A stretch of 64,000 bases of DNA from Nanobdellota archaeon (GTDB lineage: Archaea; Nanobdellota; Nanobdellia; Woesearchaeales; JAGWAF01). Numbering within the stretch: position 1 is the first letter of the stretch; every line of letters starts with the position of its first letter. The position numbers and the translations under genes were made by a program. Location: assembly GCA_038046365.1 (NCBI GenBank), contig JBBSWF010000136.1, forward strand, positions 3,681 to 67,680, written 5' to 3'. Under the pieces are notes generated by a model. It had not been told where the DNA came from. It did no database searches and worked only from the letters and a program-made list of their open reading frames with translations. Below are positions 1-8,901 of the stretch, one piece after another.

Positions 1-837
1 GGCGAGCTCTTCGGTGGACTTGATAGTGAACTCATCGAGCTTGCTGATGGCGGCGCTAGCGTGCTCAGGCATGATCCTCTTGGACGAGACTTCTTCAGCG
101 GAGAGGCCAGCTTCCCTTAGCAGGTAGAGGCCGCTTCTGATGTCCTTGAGATCCGCGCACTTGTCAGCGACGATCTTGAACGCATCATCGCTCCAGACCC
201 CTGAGACGAACGCGTAACCGATGCGCTCCTTGAGAATGCCATGGGTCTCTTGAAGGGTGTACTGCTTGAACTCCAGGACCTCGGGAGTGAGCCTGGAAGT
301 GATGCGCGAGTCCAGCGCGGCGATGGTCTCCTTGTAGTTAGTGATCAGGATGACAGACTTCTTGTGGATTGTTTCTAAAAGAGAGTACAGAAAATCGAAA
401 TCCTCAGCCTTGTCGATCTCATCGAAGCAGAACACCGCACTGCGCTTGTTGACGATCTTCTCGACCTCAGCCATAAGCTCCTCAGTCTTCTTGTTCTGAG
501 TGAACATGTAACCCATCTGATGACAAAGATCGGTCAGTATCTTGAACGTCGTGTTCTTCTGCCAACAGTTGATGTAGAACACCTCGACAGCGTCGGTCTC
601 ATCCTCAAGGTCGCGAAATACCCACTTGATGGCAGCAGTCTTCCCAATACCTGACGGGCCATGGATGAGGAGATTGCGGCCGTTCTGTTCCTGGAGAAGA
701 GGAGCGATGCAATGGGCGACGCGCTTCTGCTGCATCTCCCGATAAGGCATCATCTTAGGCACGAACTCGAAGTCGAGCGCGTCGCGATTCTTGAAGAGCG
801 ACTCGCCGGACGAGAGCATATCTTTGAAGAGGGGCAT
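1..837 (-). CDS. cdc6: Orc1/Cdc6 replication initiator (AAA+), 5' part only; the C-terminus lies left of the window
   Basis: Own minus-strand translation from the ATG at 837 reads MPLFKDMLSSGESLFKNRDALDFEFVPKMMPYREMQQKRVAHCIAPLLQEQNGRNLLIHGPSGIGKTAAIKWVFRDLED... Walker A is GPSGIGKT and Walker B is FCFDEIDK. The frame stays open to nt 1 (279 codons), which explains its absence from the ORF track. Confidence 0.85.
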   Translation of the reverse strand, partial: MPLFKDMLSSGESLFKNRDALDFEFVPKMMPYREMQQKRVAHCIAPLLQEQNGRNLLIHGPSGIGKTAAIKWVFRDLEDETDAVEVFYINCWQKNTTFKILTDLCHQMGYMFTQNKKTEELMAEVEKIVNKRSAVFCFDEIDKAEDFDFLYSLLETIHKKSVILITNYKETIAALDSRITSRLTPEVLEFKQYTLQETHGILKERIGYAFVSGVWSDDAFKIVADKCADLKDIRSGLYLLREAGLSAEEVSSKRIMPEHASAAISKLDEFTIKSTEELA

Positions 838-987
838 GACAGAAGGGTTTGCGGCCTGGCTTTTATGCGTTGTGGGAGAGCGGCCGCAGATAGCTTAACG
901 AGCCGAAATTTTAGTATAACCGCCGGTTTTTACTAAAATGGAAGTATTATACTATAACCCCCCAGTTTGAGCTTCCGACGCGGATCA

Positions 988-1737
988 CTAGGATTTGGCG
1001 CGATCCCAGAAATATTGGAAATACTTCATGAAGCTCAGGCTGATCTCTTTTGATTCTATCACAAAGGCGAATGACTGGTCGCTCCAAAGGATCTGGGCGA
1101 CCTTGTCGCCGAAGACCAGGATGACCATCGGCGATGCCAAGGCCTTGGGCAGGAAGCGGAGCTCATAGAATCTTTTATCATCCAGCCCGGGCTTCGCCCC
1201 GCTAAGGACCAACCCTTGGTCAGCCAGATCATACCAGAATACCTTCTTATTTATCCTGCGCTTGTCAAAATGAGCCCACCAGACCGGGAAATACCTGTCA
1301 AGGCCTTTGTTGCCGCCGATCCAATAATTCTCCTTGTGATCGAGCCCTTCCTCAAGGAGGGCTTTGATGGATTCATTGCCACGATAGACCTCTGCGCGGA
1401 TATGGCCCTTGGCTGAATTGAATATCCTTGTGAGATCACTGATCTGCGGCTGGATCTCTTGCTCCATGCGCTCGATGATTTTCTTCTTCTCCTCAAGATA
1501 ATCCATTATCTTACGGGGATGCGTGATCTGGAACCTCTTCTTGCCGTTCTCCACGGTGTAGGCCACCAAGCCTTTCTCCACCAGCTTATTGATTATATCA
1601 TAGATATTGCGCCGCTCGATGCCGGTCTTCTCATGGACATTATTGAGCGAAGCTAAGCCGGATTCCAGCACCGCGGAATAGACTTTCACCTCACCATCGC
1701 TTAAGCCCACCTTCCTCAATGAATCAAGGTCCATCAT
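988..1737 (-). CDS. TrmB-family winged-helix transcriptional regulator
   Basis: 249-aa ORF. The N-terminal wHTH pattern GLSDGEVKVYSAVLESGLASLNNVHEKTGIERRNIYDIINKLVEKGLV is typical of archaeal TrmB regulators, followed by a C-terminal effector-type domain. Confidence 0.7.
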   Translation of the reverse strand: MMDLDSLRKVGLSDGEVKVYSAVLESGLASLNNVHEKTGIERRNIYDIINKLVEKGLVAYTVENGKKRFQITHPRKIMDYLEEKKKIIERMEQEIQPQISDLTRIFNSAKGHIRAEVYRGNESIKALLEEGLDHKENYWIGGNKGLDRYFPVWWAHFDKRRINKKVFWYDLADQGLVLSGAKPGLDDKRFYELRFLPKALASPMVILVFGDKVAQILWSDQSFAFVIESKEISLSFMKYFQYFWDRAKS

Positions 1738-1823
1738 CCAATATCAAAATCAGACAATATAAAAATGTTGGTATTGTAACAATACCGCACAAGTTCATAT
1801 TAGCCGGCAAGATATAATCAGTG

Positions 1824-2957
1824 ATGACAAGACAGATCATGCCCACATTTACCGCGGTGATCGCACTCCTTGCCCTGACCGGATGCGCCAACACGGGAAT
1901 GGCAGGCGCCGACACCCTGACACAAACCGCAGAGACCGGATCGAATATCGCAGTGCTGGCGCCGTTGAGCGGGGCAGGAGCGACATACGGAAAGCCGTTC
2001 GTAGCAGGAATGCAGATGGCGATAGATGAGGCCAATGGAGACCATGGACCTAACCGCACAAGGATGCGCCTTATAGTAGAAGACACAAAGCTCGACCCGA
2101 AAACCAGCCTAGACGCGGTCCAGAAGCTGCTGGCATTCGACGACCCTGACCTATTCAGCGTGATGTTCGCCCCGCCTATGCTTGCTGTCAGCCCGGTTCT
2201 TGACGCGGGGAAAAAGCCATTCATTTATGAGGCGTACATCCGAAGCCCGCTCAAGTCCTCATACGCGTTCAAGGCGAACTTCGACGCGCTGACCGGATGC
2301 GAATCACTCATCAGGTACGCGAAGGAACATGGCAAATACAATCACCTAGGCGTGCTGATGGCGCAAGCCGAATACAGCGACCTATGCATCCAGGGGATAA
2401 AGAGAGTGGAGCCAGACATCAAGGAATACCGGTACAATGTAGGGGAGACTGATTTCAAGACCCTACTGATGAAGGCATACAATGACGGCACTGACTCGTT
2501 GGTAATGATCGGGTTCGACTTTGAATACACAGCCATGTTCAGCCAACTGAGCGAGATTGGATACCCCCTCAAAATCTTGTGCATGACCAGTTCGGAGTGC
2601 ATCATACCCGCGGTGATAAAGACAGCATCAATCGAGACGCTAGAAGGCACGCTCTCCATCGATTTCGTACCGCAGAACATCTCAGCGACCTCATTCGGAA
2701 AGAAGTATGCTGAGAGATTCGGGGCAGCATCGCCCACTGACCTGGCTTATTCAGCGATCGGCTATGAGGAGGGGATGATAATCGAACAGGCAGTCATGGC
2801 GTGCAAGCCAAAAGACACCGAGTGCCTGAAAAGCTCGCTTGAGAAGGTGAGAGGATACGAGTCGGTGATCGGAAGTGATGGGTTCGAGGACCGTGTCCTG
2901 AAGGTCAATACCCAAGTCTATGAGTACAGGAATGGAACGTGGGAGCGCGTAGACTGA
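1824..2957 (+). CDS. Secreted lipoprotein with a type-I periplasmic-binding-protein fold (Leu/Ile/Val-binding-like substrate-binding protein)
   Basis: Track ORF 1821..2957 starts at GTG, with an ATG at 1824. It has a signal peptide with a lipobox (IALLALTGC). The length and overall pattern resemble Liv-type binding proteins. The family call is from recall only. Confidence 0.6.
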   Translation: MTRQIMPTFTAVIALLALTGCANTGMAGADTLTQTAETGSNIAVLAPLSGAGATYGKPFVAGMQMAIDEANGDHGPNRTRMRLIVEDTKLDPKTSLDAVQKLLAFDDPDLFSVMFAPPMLAVSPVLDAGKKPFIYEAYIRSPLKSSYAFKANFDALTGCESLIRYAKEHGKYNHLGVLMAQAEYSDLCIQGIKRVEPDIKEYRYNVGETDFKTLLMKAYNDGTDSLVMIGFDFEYTAMFSQLSEIGYPLKILCMTSSECIIPAVIKTASIETLEGTLSIDFVPQNISATSFGKKYAERFGAASPTDLAYSAIGYEEGMIIEQAVMACKPKDTECLKSSLEKVRGYESVIGSDGFEDRVLKVNTQVYEYRNGTWERVD

Positions 2958-2991
2958 AAATCTATTTAAGCCAAGGCATGTGCGAAGAGAT

Positions 2992-4452
2992 ATGGACGCT
3001 ATAAAGGTGAAGGGACTCTCCTATTCCTATCCTCAGGAAAAGACGCCCGCTATCAGAAATATCAACTTTTCCGCGCGAGATGGTGATGTGGTCGGCATAT
3101 GCGGACCGTCTGGCTGCGGCAAGTCGACTCTGATGTTCGCCCTGTCTGGCCTGATCCCACACGCGATATCTGGAAAGGTTAATGGTTCGGTGATCCTTCA
3201 GGGGAAGGATACTCGCAAACTGTCGATGCCGCAGTTGGCACAGACCGCGCAGATGCTTTTCCAATGCCCTGAATCTCAGCTTTTCGCGCTGAATGTGGCA
3301 GACGAGATCACATTCGGGCTTGAGAACCTCAATCTACCCTGGGACGAAATCCAGAAAAGGCTCGATGAAACATTGGACCTCCTTGACATCCGAGATCTCA
3401 GAGACCGGTCTATCGAGGAACTCAGTTCAGGGCAGAAGCAGCGAGTGGCTCTGGCGTCAGTGATCGTGATGAGGCCCAAGATCTTGCTCTTCGACGAGCC
3501 GACCGCGAACCTGGATCAGGCATCTATATGGACCCTTATGTCGCTCATACGAAAACTCCGCAAGCGGCACACAATACTGATAATCGAGCATAATGTCGAG
3601 TTTCTGGACTCGCTCTGCGATAGAATATTGCTTATCGATAATGGCAGGCTGGTCAAGGAAGGAAGCCCAAAAGAGGTCTTTACAAGCAAGAAATACAACG
3701 AGATAATGTTTCCATTGCATGACACTGAGGACATTAGGAAACGAATCACGAGACTGCCAAGCACCACAAAGAAGGAGACGGTCCTCGAGATAAAAGGGCT
3801 TGAGTTCTCGTATCCTGACAAGGAGGCACTCCATAGCATCGACTTGAGCGTAGGCAAGGGCGATTTCTTAGGTATCATCGGCCTCAACGGCAGCGGGAAG
3901 AGCACTCTTGCGCTCAATATCATCGGACTGTTGCGCGGTAAAGGAGAGATCCTCCTTGAAGGGAAGGACATATCAGAGATGGATGTGGCTGTCCGCACAA
4001 GGCATATAGGGTATGTGTTCCAGAACCCCAACTACCAGCTATTCGAAGAGACTATCCAAGATGAAATCGCGTTCGGACCCGGGAACCTTGGACTTGGAAA
4101 GAACACCGTCAAGAAAAGGGTTGATGAAGCCCTGCGCATCACAGGGCTTGGCGCAAAGAAAGGAGAGGATCCCCACTCATTGAGCGTGGGCGAGAAACGG
4201 AGAGTGTCTATCGCAAGCGTGCTTGCGATGATGCCAAATATCCTGATAATCGATGAACCTGACACGGGCCTTGACCACAAGAGCGCGAGAGCCCTAATGG
4301 ATTATGTCAAGCGCCTGAATTCTAATGGCATGACAATCATCATGATATCCCACAGCATCGAGCTTATCGCTGAATATTGCGACCGTATCGTCGGGATGAA
4401 GGACGGCAGAATCGTGTCAATTGATGAGCTGTGCAAGGACTATTTTGGATGA
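2992..4452 (+). CDS. ecfA: Fused double ATPase of an ECF-type ABC transporter (EcfA-EcfA')
   Basis: One ORF carries two ABC cassettes. Walker A motifs are GPSGCGKST and GLNGSGKST, signatures are LSSGQKQRV and LSVGEKRRV, and Walker B motifs are LLFDEPT and LIIDEPD. The ATG at 2992 lies inside track ORF 2980..4452. Confidence 0.85.
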   Translation: MDAIKVKGLSYSYPQEKTPAIRNINFSARDGDVVGICGPSGCGKSTLMFALSGLIPHAISGKVNGSVILQGKDTRKLSMPQLAQTAQMLFQCPESQLFALNVADEITFGLENLNLPWDEIQKRLDETLDLLDIRDLRDRSIEELSSGQKQRVALASVIVMRPKILLFDEPTANLDQASIWTLMSLIRKLRKRHTILIIEHNVEFLDSLCDRILLIDNGRLVKEGSPKEVFTSKKYNEIMFPLHDTEDIRKRITRLPSTTKKETVLEIKGLEFSYPDKEALHSIDLSVGKGDFLGIIGLNGSGKSTLALNIIGLLRGKGEILLEGKDISEMDVAVRTRHIGYVFQNPNYQLFEETIQDEIAFGPGNLGLGKNTVKKRVDEALRITGLGAKKGEDPHSLSVGEKRRVSIASVLAMMPNILIIDEPDTGLDHKSARALMDYVKRLNSNGMTIIMISHSIELIAEYCDRIVGMKDGRIVSIDELCKDYFG

Positions 4453-4509
4453 AGGCAACCCTATTGAGGGTTTTGAATCCGACGAAATATAGGGGTAATT
4501 CAAAGCCCT

Positions 4510-5070
4510 CTATTGGAGAATGCGCACTATTGGCCAATCCCTGATCCTGGAAAAGATTCTGGAGCCAAATACGATGCCGATCGTCCCGAACACCCAGTAG
4601 GAGAGTATGATCCAATGGACGATCAGGAATGTCGTGTCGATCCCAGGGACCCCCATCAGATGCAAAACCCATAGGAACACAAGCACATTTACTGTGGAGA
4701 GGGAGTACCATACCACGTAGATGCTCCACTCCCTGTAACCCGCCAGGCGGAGAATAGTATCCGCAATCAACCCGGTGAACGCGTTTATTGGTACCTTTGG
4801 CCAAAAGCCAGGAGCCCCACCTAGTGTTGTGGGAAGCTCAAGGATGCTGTATATAGTGTAGAATGCCGTGAAAGTCCCGAATCGAGGCAATGTCTTGATC
4901 AATAGGCAGTCCCATAACCCTATGGTGAACGCTGTGAGTATGTCGTTTGCCATCGGGATTCCGGTAGCGGCTGACAAAGCGCCTCCGGAAACCAGATTTA
5001 TCGCGAACAGGCTCGCGGCCATGAGCGAGACATAGATCATCTGCCGCGTAGTGAGATCAAAGATCCTCAT
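4510..5070 (-). CDS. Multi-pass membrane protein, paralog 1 of a four-member family (candidate ECF S-component)
   Basis: The internal ATG at 5070 gives MRIFDLTTRQMIYVSLMAASLF, matching the N-termini of the other paralogs. It has about 6 hydrophobic spans, is about 185 aa, and sits next to ecfA/ecfT. Confidence 0.5.
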   Translation of the reverse strand: MRIFDLTTRQMIYVSLMAASLFAINLVSGGALSAATGIPMANDILTAFTIGLWDCLLIKTLPRFGTFTAFYTIYSILELPTTLGGAPGFWPKVPINAFTGLIADTILRLAGYREWSIYVVWYSLSTVNVLVFLWVLHLMGVPGIDTTFLIVHWIILSYWVFGTIGIVFGSRIFSRIRDWPIVRILQ

Positions 5071-5121
5071 ACCATCAAGGATATGAAGAACGGACAAAAA
5101 GATTAAGGCGGTATATACCGC

Positions 5122-5766
5122 TTATTGCTTGAAGAGGTTCGGGATCAAGTTCGCTTCGGCTTTGCACAGGTGCGCTTGAAATGTCGAGAAGGAAACCTTC
5201 ATCAGTCCAGCCAGCCGCTTCAGCGTCGTCCCCCTTGGAAAGCGGTAATAGCCTTCTCTTATCGCCAAGGACAATGCAATCTTTTGCTTATCTGTTATCT
5301 CAGGGTTCATACCGAGAATTGAGATGTTGCATATCTTCCTGCGATGGAAGCATAAGACTTTGGCATTGTAATGCGCTTTATAGCGAGTCACGATCTCTTC
5401 TAATGGCTTCCTGTCCCAGCACGCCAGCTCAATCGTTTCAACACCATCCGGGTCGTATCTCGCCGGCTCAACAAATATTATCTGAGGAGAGTACAACACA
5501 GCCAGGTAAGACGGCATGCGGATTTGGCCTATAAGGAAATTCTTGTTCACTTCAAGACGGATGAACTCTCTCTTTCCGGATTTGATGAACTCCCTCACAT
5601 TTTCAGCCGGGCCACTAACAAACCCCGCCACTGTGAGGAGGATGCACCCATCATTTACCCTATGATTGATAGGATACCCTGACAAAGAGACCCTATACTT
5701 TTTCGCGATCTCGCATATGGTAGTATGCTCCGGTCCTGTGCGCAGTTTCAAATACCACATAGTCAT
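5122..5766 (-). CDS. HTH_10 (bacterio-opsin-activator-type) transcriptional regulator
   Basis: The C-terminal segment ITDKQKIALSLAIREGYYRFPRGTTLKRLAGLMKVSFSTFQAHLCKAEANLIPNLF matches the archaeal HTH_10 DNA-binding domain. Its start overlaps the stop of the upstream paralog by 4 nt. Confidence 0.6.
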   Translation of the reverse strand: MTMWYLKLRTGPEHTTICEIAKKYRVSLSGYPINHRVNDGCILLTVAGFVSGPAENVREFIKSGKREFIRLEVNKNFLIGQIRMPSYLAVLYSPQIIFVEPARYDPDGVETIELACWDRKPLEEIVTRYKAHYNAKVLCFHRRKICNISILGMNPEITDKQKIALSLAIREGYYRFPRGTTLKRLAGLMKVSFSTFQAHLCKAEANLIPNLFKQ

Positions 5767-6320
5767 CCTGAAATTTGTTGTACGATCCGCCGCTTCTTTA
5801 TCTTATCGAACACGATATGCCCAAGCCATGTGCCGATCAATCCTTCCACTCCGTAAATCACTACCAGCGTCCAGAGAGTATTTGCGTAATCGCCGGCTTC
5901 TGGCAAACCAAGCAGAAATGCCATCTGCACATAAAGCAACACTGACACCATATTACAGACGGCTCCTGCGAGGTAGTAACCCGGCCTCTTGAATCTGAAT
6001 ACGCAAATGAGGAGGTCGCCTATGAGGCCGACCATCACTGACATGAGGACCTTGAACAGGCCTGGCGGGCCATAGACTGGCGTGGGAATAGCGATGACCG
6101 AATATATGAAAGCCATAATCGTGAAACTACCGAATCTTGGCACGACCAATGCCCCGACAATCGCGACAAGGACAAATGTAATCCCGATTATCGCATAGCC
6201 GGCTCCAGGAATCCCTGTCGCAGCATAGATTGGTATGGAGATCGATATATCCTGCAGGAACAGCACCGCCCCCATCAACGCCAGGAACACCAATTGTTTT
6301 GTTGTGAATCTTTCAAACAT
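5763..6320 (-). CDS. Multi-pass membrane protein, paralog 2 (candidate ECF S-component)
   Basis: N-terminus MFERFTTKQLVFLALMGAVLF, about 6 hydrophobic spans, and a basic tail KIKKRRIVQQISG. Confidence 0.5.
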   Translation of the reverse strand: MFERFTTKQLVFLALMGAVLFLQDISISIPIYAATGIPGAGYAIIGITFVLVAIVGALVVPRFGSFTIMAFIYSVIAIPTPVYGPPGLFKVLMSVMVGLIGDLLICVFRFKRPGYYLAGAVCNMVSVLLYVQMAFLLGLPEAGDYANTLWTLVVIYGVEGLIGTWLGHIVFDKIKKRRIVQQISG

Positions 6321-6322
6321 CG

Positions 6323-6453
6323 TCAGCCCCCTAGTTGAGCCATGATACGCATCCGGCTCATCCTCCGATGGACAACAAACCCGAATAGAATCCCCAATGT
6401 GCCAAGGATCCAGTAGGATAAGACGAGCTCCCGAGTGGTGAACTTCTTGAACA
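6323..6453 (-). pseudogene. Internal-deletion remnant of a fifth S-component-like paralog
   Basis: The ATG at 6453 gives MFKKFTTRELV (family N-terminus), after which the frame is lost. A shifted frame reads SYWILGTLGILFGFVVHRRMSRMRIMAQLGG-stop (stop at 6323-6325). This closely matches the C-terminus of paralog 1 (LSYWVFGTIGIVFGSRIFSRIRDWPIVRILQ). The tight junctions to both neighbouring genes are retained. Confidence 0.55.
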
Positions 6454-6455
6454 TA

Positions 6456-7019
6456 TCAATCACTCAATTGTTTCACGATGGATTTGTCCTTGAATCTGTT
6501 GTAAACCATGAATCCAAGCCACATACCGAGATAGCCCAATACAATGAAAGCAGCACCCATAAAGTAGACCGCGCTTAACATCTTATCATATTCAGGCATG
6601 CCAAGAGTTCGGAATGCTGCCAGGTAAATCGCAAGCATGAACACAGTGAGTACCGGCAGGCCGATGATAAATCCCTTTTTCTGATAATTAAAGTGATAGA
6701 TAACCGCCTCACCTCCCAATGCAGCGATGACATTCAACAGGATCTTCCACACATATCCTGGCGGACCACCGGCCATCGGTGTCGGAAGAGCGATGATGCT
6801 ATACACAAGATACATGAGACTTATCGAGCCGAATTTGCGGACAGTCAAGGCGACTAGAGTTACCGCGACAAGATTAGTTATACCAGTCAAAAAAATCGAC
6901 CCCGAAGGGATTCCAGTGATAGCTATTATCCAGCCGCCAATCCCAAAATTGATGACAAACAGAAACGCAGCCATCAGCGCAATGAAGACCAACTGCTTTG
7001 TGGTGAACTTTTTTAACAT
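6456..7019 (-). CDS. Multi-pass membrane protein, paralog 3 (candidate ECF S-component)
   Basis: The ATG at 7019 gives MLKKFTTKQLVFIALMAAFLF. It has about 6 hydrophobic spans and the tail RFKDKSIVKQLSD. Confidence 0.5.
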   Translation of the reverse strand: MLKKFTTKQLVFIALMAAFLFVINFGIGGWIIAITGIPSGSIFLTGITNLVAVTLVALTVRKFGSISLMYLVYSIIALPTPMAGGPPGYVWKILLNVIAALGGEAVIYHFNYQKKGFIIGLPVLTVFMLAIYLAAFRTLGMPEYDKMLSAVYFMGAAFIVLGYLGMWLGFMVYNRFKDKSIVKQLSD

Positions 7020-7020
7020 C

Positions 7021-7581
7021 TTAATCCCCAAACTGCTTGACTATCGCCATCTTGATTATCTTCTTCTCATATAACTTGATTCCCAGCCAGGAGCCTATCA
7101 CTGATTCGATGGCGGTTATCCCAATGAACATCCATATGGTATTTTGGAGTTCCTGCGCACCGGGCAATGCGAGAACAATCATCATATAGAGCAGGAGCGG
7201 GAAGACAAGGACATTGGCGATGGGAAGTGAGATCAGGTATCCTAACCTCCTGTAGTGGAAAAGCGCGAGGACTATATCTGCGAAGAGGCCCAAGAAGAGG
7301 CCGATGAGCAATTTGTATGCCCCGGGCGGTCCGATTATATTTGTCGGGATGCACAGAGTAGAGTAGATGAGAATGATTATGGTAAAGGTCCCAGGTTTCC
7401 TCACTATGAGCCCACCGATTGTGGCGATGGCCAAGACAAAGATGGTGTCTACCAAGACACCGACTCCAGGGACCCCAACAACAGCTTCGATGCCTGAAAC
7501 AAAGGCCATATCAAAAACGAATATGAAGGCCGCGATCAGTGCGAGTAAGACCAATTGTTTTGTAGTGAATCTCTTCAACAT
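7021..7581 (-). CDS. Multi-pass membrane protein, paralog 4 (candidate ECF S-component)
   Basis: N-terminus MLKRFTTKQLVLLALIAAFIF, about 6 hydrophobic spans, and the tail KKIIKMAIVKQFGD. Confidence 0.5.
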   Translation of the reverse strand: MLKRFTTKQLVLLALIAAFIFVFDMAFVSGIEAVVGVPGVGVLVDTIFVLAIATIGGLIVRKPGTFTIIILIYSTLCIPTNIIGPPGAYKLLIGLFLGLFADIVLALFHYRRLGYLISLPIANVLVFPLLLYMMIVLALPGAQELQNTIWMFIGITAIESVIGSWLGIKLYEKKIIKMAIVKQFGD

Positions 7582-7620
7582 CTATTAAGGTATTTAAACA
7601 AGGGGCATTTAAACGTTTCT

Positions 7621-8349
7621 ATGCAGTTCTACGACTATATCTACAGGGATTCGGCGATACATAGATTGGATCCCCGCACCAAGATCGCCTGGCTTGTCGG
7701 GCTCACATTGATTGTCTTCTTGCCTATTCAAAAGAGGGAGATAGTCGGATTGCTCTTGCTCATGATGTTGTTTCTGCTGCTTAGCAGATTGCCAATCAAG
7801 ATGGTATGGAACTCCACAAGGATGTTCATACTCTTGTTCCCGGTAGGATTCATGATAATGTTCAGCCTGCTACTTTGGGACATCCATAAAGGAGTTGTCG
7901 ACGGGTTCTTCTTTGCGTTGAGATTCATCATCCTTGCCTTGTCAAGCACGATCTTTGCCATGAGCACTTCACCTAGGGACCTCATGCTCAGCCTCACAAA
8001 GATGAAAGTGCCATATGAACTCGCTTTCATGCTCACAATCGCAATAAGATTCGTGCCGGTGATCACGCGCGAGATCCATCATGTGATAGATGCGCAAAAG
8101 GCGAGGGCGCACAAGATGATGCTCTCATTTAGGCGACCTGTTGAATCGATGCAGTCATTCCTACCAATCATCATCCCCACCCTCCACCTCCTGCTGATAA
8201 AGGCGTTCGACCTCTCGATATCTATCGAGGCACGCGCTTTCAGAGCGATGAAAACAAGGACATTTCCGCCCAGGCTGAGATTCACTTGGGAGGATTGGAT
8301 CGCATTCGTCTTGCTCGGAGGTTTGGGGTATTATCTAATCCTCAATTAG
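7621..8349 (+). CDS. ecfT: ECF transporter transmembrane (T) component, CbiQ/EcfT family
   Basis: The ATG at 7621 gives MQFYDYIYRDSAIHRLDPRTKI, a typical EcfT N-terminus. The protein is polytopic, with coupling-helix-like motifs DAQKARA and SIEARAF. It diverges from the S-component genes across a 39-bp spacer carrying two ATTTAAAC boxes. Confidence 0.75.
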   Translation: MQFYDYIYRDSAIHRLDPRTKIAWLVGLTLIVFLPIQKREIVGLLLLMMLFLLLSRLPIKMVWNSTRMFILLFPVGFMIMFSLLLWDIHKGVVDGFFFALRFIILALSSTIFAMSTSPRDLMLSLTKMKVPYELAFMLTIAIRFVPVITREIHHVIDAQKARAHKMMLSFRRPVESMQSFLPIIIPTLHLLLIKAFDLSISIEARAFRAMKTRTFPPRLRFTWEDWIAFVLLGGLGYYLILN

Positions 8350-8368
8350 ATGAGACCTATCCATGGAC

Positions 8369-8767
8369 TCACTTCCCCTGCCCCGGATTCCTCAAGCGCA
8401 TGCCGCAGAAGTGACAGAAGTGGGCAGTGCTCCACACCTGCGTCTTGCAGGTAGGGCAAGGGACTGCGCGGACGGAATGGCTCGACTGCGTGGACCTGCC
8501 CAGATCCTCACCGGCATCATCTAGGGGGCGCAAGCCACCCATCCCAGATATACCCTGAGTGCGGCCCAGCTGTGCGGCGTCTCGCTCCCAAGGGGGCTTC
8601 CTAGGCTTCTCGTCGCCTAACATGTAATCCCTGGCAATCTTGAATACACCCCATGCAATGAACAGAAAACCCAGAATCACGAAGAATTGAAGGCCGCCGA
8701 CATATTGAGAGACAGCAGCCACAAAGATGCCTACCAACAGCCAAACCCAACCGGGGATATCTGCCAT
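8369..8767 (-). CDS. Small membrane protein with a C-terminal zinc-ribbon (CPTC...CHFC)
   Basis: 132-aa ORF with two N-terminal hydrophobic spans and the C-terminal motif CPTCKTQVWSTAHFCHFCG. Confidence 0.5.
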   Translation of the reverse strand: MADIPGWVWLLVGIFVAAVSQYVGGLQFFVILGFLFIAWGVFKIARDYMLGDEKPRKPPWERDAAQLGRTQGISGMGGLRPLDDAGEDLGRSTQSSHSVRAVPCPTCKTQVWSTAHFCHFCGMRLRNPGQGK

Positions 8768-8901
8768 TGGAACGAATAGTAATCCCTTGTTTATATAAGT
8801 TGATGATGGACCCTATCCAGATATTCTCGGACTAATGCAGGGCAGAAATCTTTCGGAACGATTTTATACAAGCGAATCCACCAAAGCAACAGGTGAGACC
8901 C

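Noticed and set aside
661-936. A 91-aa plus-strand ORF.
   Set aside because: It is antisense to the clearly recognisable Orc1/Cdc6 gene.
838-987. A possible replication origin next to cdc6.
   Set aside because: Only about 150 bp of intergenic DNA is available, with a single 9-bp inverted repeat (ATTTTAGTA/TACTAAAAT). I could see no repeated ORB-like elements and no extended A/T-rich unwinding region. An origin may lie left of the window.
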